A stretch of DNA of 64,000 bases from Raillietiella orientalis (taxonomy: Eukaryota), in assembly GCA_036172245.1 (NCBI GenBank), contig JAYWIR010000019.1, positions 1,736,001-1,800,000 on the forward strand. Reading direction: 5' to 3'. The position numbers were made by a program, and so were the translations under genes. The notes below the pieces were generated by a model that had not been told where the DNA came from, made no database searches, and saw nothing but the letters and a program-made list of their open reading frames with translations. Of the stretch, positions 62,180 to 64,000 are shown in pieces. The stretch's first letter is position 1. Each line of letters starts with the position of its first letter.

Positions 62180-64000
62180 TTGGAATACACACTTCCGCAG
62201 TTAGAAACAACCTTCCAGGGTCAGTCCCATCCACACCAGACCTCGGTTTCTTTTCCCAATCCGACTGGTGGTAGGGTAGTCTGTTGGCCACCGACGAACT
62301 TTATGACGGCGCCAATACACTGTTCCCCGCGTCAGCGCTGTCCCTGACAGTCACCGGGATCCTGGCGCTATCTTGGATCTCTGAGTGGCCGGATGTGTGG
62401 TCATCGCACCCCGTTCTGAAGTTTGCTCAAAAATGTAGGGGTGCGTCCAGGATGGAAGGCGCATCACTTCATCAGCGTGTTCTTGTTTCCTTTTCAGCAA
62501 CACCGTCAGAATATCTATGGCAGGTACATTTTCGCATCCAGACGGGGTGGCTTGTTACTCTCACTATGATGGATGCTTCGGACAATGAGACGATTGTAGT
62601 GGCCATCAGGTTATAGGTAGGGACCTTCTCTTGATCTCCAAAGAGTTGCTTTGGTATTTCTGTCCTCTCCAGATTATAAAAGTTTTACTACCCCATAAAA
62701 AAAAGAAGACAGATTTTGCTATTTTCCAGTCTCGAAATAGTTTGATAAATCGACATGTGGACCAGCCGTCGAGGTCCTGGTTGCCTTCTAGGGGTTGCTC
62801 CACCAGTGTTTGATGCTAGAGTTGCACAAAATGTCCCCATGATAAAATGCCAGGAGATTCTCCTGTGCCACATGTGAGAGATCAGACCCCAAGGCACATG
62901 GGGGTACTTACTGCCAGCACTTGGTATCTGAGCGAACTCACCTTCTTTAGGCCGCCCTTGGCCATACGCTGGGAAGATCTATAACTTCTTTTCGATTCTT
63001 GCGCTTGACACATACCAATTCTCTCTACACCTCCCTTGACTTATTCTAGATGACTAACTTTGCCACCACTCGTCTTACCTTTAAGGAGGAAATCAACTGA
63101 ACGCACACAGAGATTTGCTTTGGCAAGAATGTGGTGTTTTGCGCCTCTCGACGAATGAGGTATTCCCTTTGCCCTCGAATTATATTCATTCCACAGTTGG
63201 TTGCGAATTTTTTTTTGCAGAAGAAGCCATTTGCAGAACAAATCAAGGAAGGTGGGTCGGGAAGCAAAAAGTCAAGCGACGCAATTCCTTATCTGATCAA
63301 GCAAAGCACCATGTGCTGTGTGACGTTTGCTGCAGCAGTGTCACCGTTTGCCGTATGTGCGGAAGCCTGGAGTGCGCATTACTTCTTGCACGGTACTTTT
63401 TCGTTCTTTGAATCTTGTCTTGTGCATACGCAAGAGATGGTGTTATCCGGTTGATTACAAGAAGCAAAGGTAATGAGAGCTCCCACGAGTTTTGCATGCT
63501 GAAGAAGGGCGGGAATCTCCGCGGAGATTCTTAAGGCAATGCTGACACAGTACGGAAGAAGCCGTTGAGATATACATCGCAGAAATGTATACCAATGCAT
63601 GAGACTTTCAGGGACGGACCAAGTCCGATCGACAAAGATCCAAAAAGAAAATGATAATGAATACCACAATCAACAGAAGAAGAGTTGCCGACGAAACTGC
63701 TTCGGGACTTGATATTACTCGTGGTATAGGCGATTTCCATTACTACAGTAATCGGTTAACATAGTGTGGGATTGGTCCGAAGAATATAAAGTGAAGATAA
63801 ACATGCTTGCATGTGATACGCCGCACGATACAGCAATGAAGTTCCACCAGAATAATCACTGGCGATATGTATTCTACACTTCCAGTCAGGAAAAAACAAA
63901 GCAAAGCAAACCCTCGATGGAAAGGAAACATTTTCCACCAAAGCCTCAGATTCCACACCAACTGCTGGTAAAACAATATCGATCGAGTGCCTGCTAAGAT
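62180..64000 (-). mobile_element. Possible very old L1-like element (endonuclease to RT remnant)
   Basis: Weak motifs in order: IFVDRTWSVPESL (APE-like), GESPG, LPIT/DGHYNRLIV, RQD.GD. Many stops. Confidence 0.2.

Overview
Eukaryotic (compact invertebrate-type metazoan) genomic DNA, not prokaryotic. I can build four spliced genes by hand: UQCR10/QCR9 (+, 13147-13386), SLX1 (-, 13478-14344), a 10-exon nemo-like kinase NLK (-, 14571-27526) and an EF-hand rhomboid protease (-, 38354-39594). Most introns are only 40-63 nt. Both flanks (1-12 kb, 48-64 kb) and parts of the interior are decayed non-LTR retrotransposons: many copies of an L1/Tx1-like family, plus R2/NeSL/Utopia-like RLE fragments. 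Most notable observations: (1) the retroelement family carries a conserved 3' RNA module with compensatory base changes, a hairpin enclosing the poly(A) signal, and no poly(A) tail; (2) NLK has a U12-type intron and a GC-AG intron; (3) NLK->SLX1 has operon-like spacing; (4) the ~120-nt NLK 3'UTR holds let-7, miR-34, bantam and K-box seed sites; (5) a ~380-bp near-perfect inverted repeat lies at 31-33 kb; (6) a ~12-kb GC/CpG-rich domain surrounds the rhomboid gene. No CRISPR array, rRNA or convincing tRNA was found. TE boundaries are approximate, and all family assignments come from reading motifs by eye, not from database searches.
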